A stretch of 64,000 nt of DNA, taken from positions 36,146,001 to 36,210,000 of the forward strand of contig OZ296653.1 in assembly GCA_965655095.1 (NCBI GenBank). Reading direction: 5' to 3'. Shown here one piece after another: positions 62,680 through 64,000 of this stretch. The DNA comes from Haplodiscus bocki. Lineage: Eukaryota. The position numbers and the translations under genes are program-made. The notes below the pieces were generated by a model, which was not told the origin of the DNA, did not search any database, and was given only the letters and a program-made list of their open reading frames with translations. Position 1 is the first letter of the stretch. Every line of letters begins with the position of its first letter.

Positions 62680-64000
62680 AAATATTGATTAACAGCGCAT
62701 AATCTCGACCTCGGAGGATATTCTAGTTTAATGTTAAAGGTTAAAAGATTGAATGGGAGCATCGTAACTAATACAAATCCTGAACAATCTCGTGAAATAT
62801 ATCGAGAGGGTTTATTTTATCTCCAATAAATTTAAATACGTTCGGTAGTTTTACTCGGCGCTTTAGTAGTTTTACTTCAACAGCCAACTATTGTACGGTT
62901 CAATTTTTTTTCACGGAAGAACTCACACTGTACGATGTTTCTTCTTTTAACAAATATTTTACGGCTTGACTGCTATTTCTATATTGAACGGTAGAACGTA
63001 CCAAAACGCCTTCCAGGTGACATATTACAATGATGGGTCTCGAGAAAGAATGGACTTCAGATTCTCGTCTTTACCACTGAAAATAAAATGGGAAAAAATG
63101 ATTTTTACTTCCTTCCAAGAAGTGTCTAACAAACAATCGTTTCGAGCTTCAAAAAACCGAAATGCTAACAGAAAATCACCAGGAAAAATAAATCTAGTGA
63201 ATTGGAATGTGCTTTTGAGTTTTAAAATCCAGGTTCTGGAAAAAGCTCAGAACATTTCCCAACAGGCGTTAATAATACGAAATAATTGAGTTTTTCATTA
63301 AATGGACATTTTGGATCTATTAAGACGAATGATTTCAACATTAACGTTTTCTGAAATACATTCAGACGTTGAATTTTTACCCGAAAGTTGATATTTTCGT
63401 AGCGAAATGCCAAATTCAATTACATGTAATGCAATTCTCCGGTCGAGGTACTGACTTTGTTGCTTTTTCTCGCAATTGACACGTTTTAGCCTGATTCAAT
63501 TCATTTCCAGTGTCTAAAATTGCTCTACCGTGCTATTTAGTAGGTTGACCTCTCACCATTTTCAGTGCTGACTCAGAAATTAGTGTTTTAGAAATTTTCA
63601 ACTACTTTCAGTTCCCTGTTTCAGTTCCGAGAAAATCTCTGAGCATCGCTGAAAGTCTCTGAATCAAGGTTGCAGCTGCACCTTACTAGTTAGTTCTCAA
63701 AGATTTCCGCGCCATTCAGATTCGAAGATTCTCGTAGATTTTCATCAAGATTTTCGGTTCTGAATCAGATCTACAAAGATTACATAACATTAAGGGGCCA
63801 AAAATTGAGTCAACGAAGACCACGCGTAGATGAGTCTCATAGAATGCCTTACAAGTAATCATCAGCTTGTCAGAGTGCTGTCAAAACATGATATTCATAG
63901 TAATTACAAAAACTCTGAAAATGAGTTGTTGGCTGAATTTTTTCGAGAGAATAGCTGAAATAATAAACCAGCAACCATAATTCCATCATGTTACCATGAG

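Overview
Eukaryotic (animal), AT-rich, repeat-dominated genomic window with a 200-N assembly gap. The repeat families resemble those I recall from acoel flatworms such as Symsagittifera/Convolutriloba; this is recognition, not a search result. No prokaryotic operon, CRISPR array or rRNA is present. Main contents: (1) at 1-~4.9/5.9 kb, the 3' half of an enveloped Gypsy/Metaviridae-like retroelement with an intact class-I fusion (F-like) env frame, a previously hidden, apparently spliced Cys-rich (RING/B-box-like) accessory frame behind env, a polypurine tract and an LTR promoter; (2) six solo-LTR-like elements (three with 5-bp TSDs) whose LTRs contain the start of a gag-like ORF, so the PBS must lie inside the reading frame; one copy has grown by a 42-nt in-frame PBS-like unit, and three related copies share an E2F/forkhead/TATA promoter module; (3) decayed fossils of a Polinton/adintovirus-type DNA polymerase B, a hAT-like transposase, Gypsy pol, a CRE-like and a CR1/L2-like non-LTR RT; (4) Helentron-type non-autonomous elements (DINE-1-like architecture) and three MITEs; (5) the first coding exon and promoter of a host alpha-arrestin-like gene at 56-58 kb. 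All alignments were done by eye, so coordinates of degraded elements are approximate.
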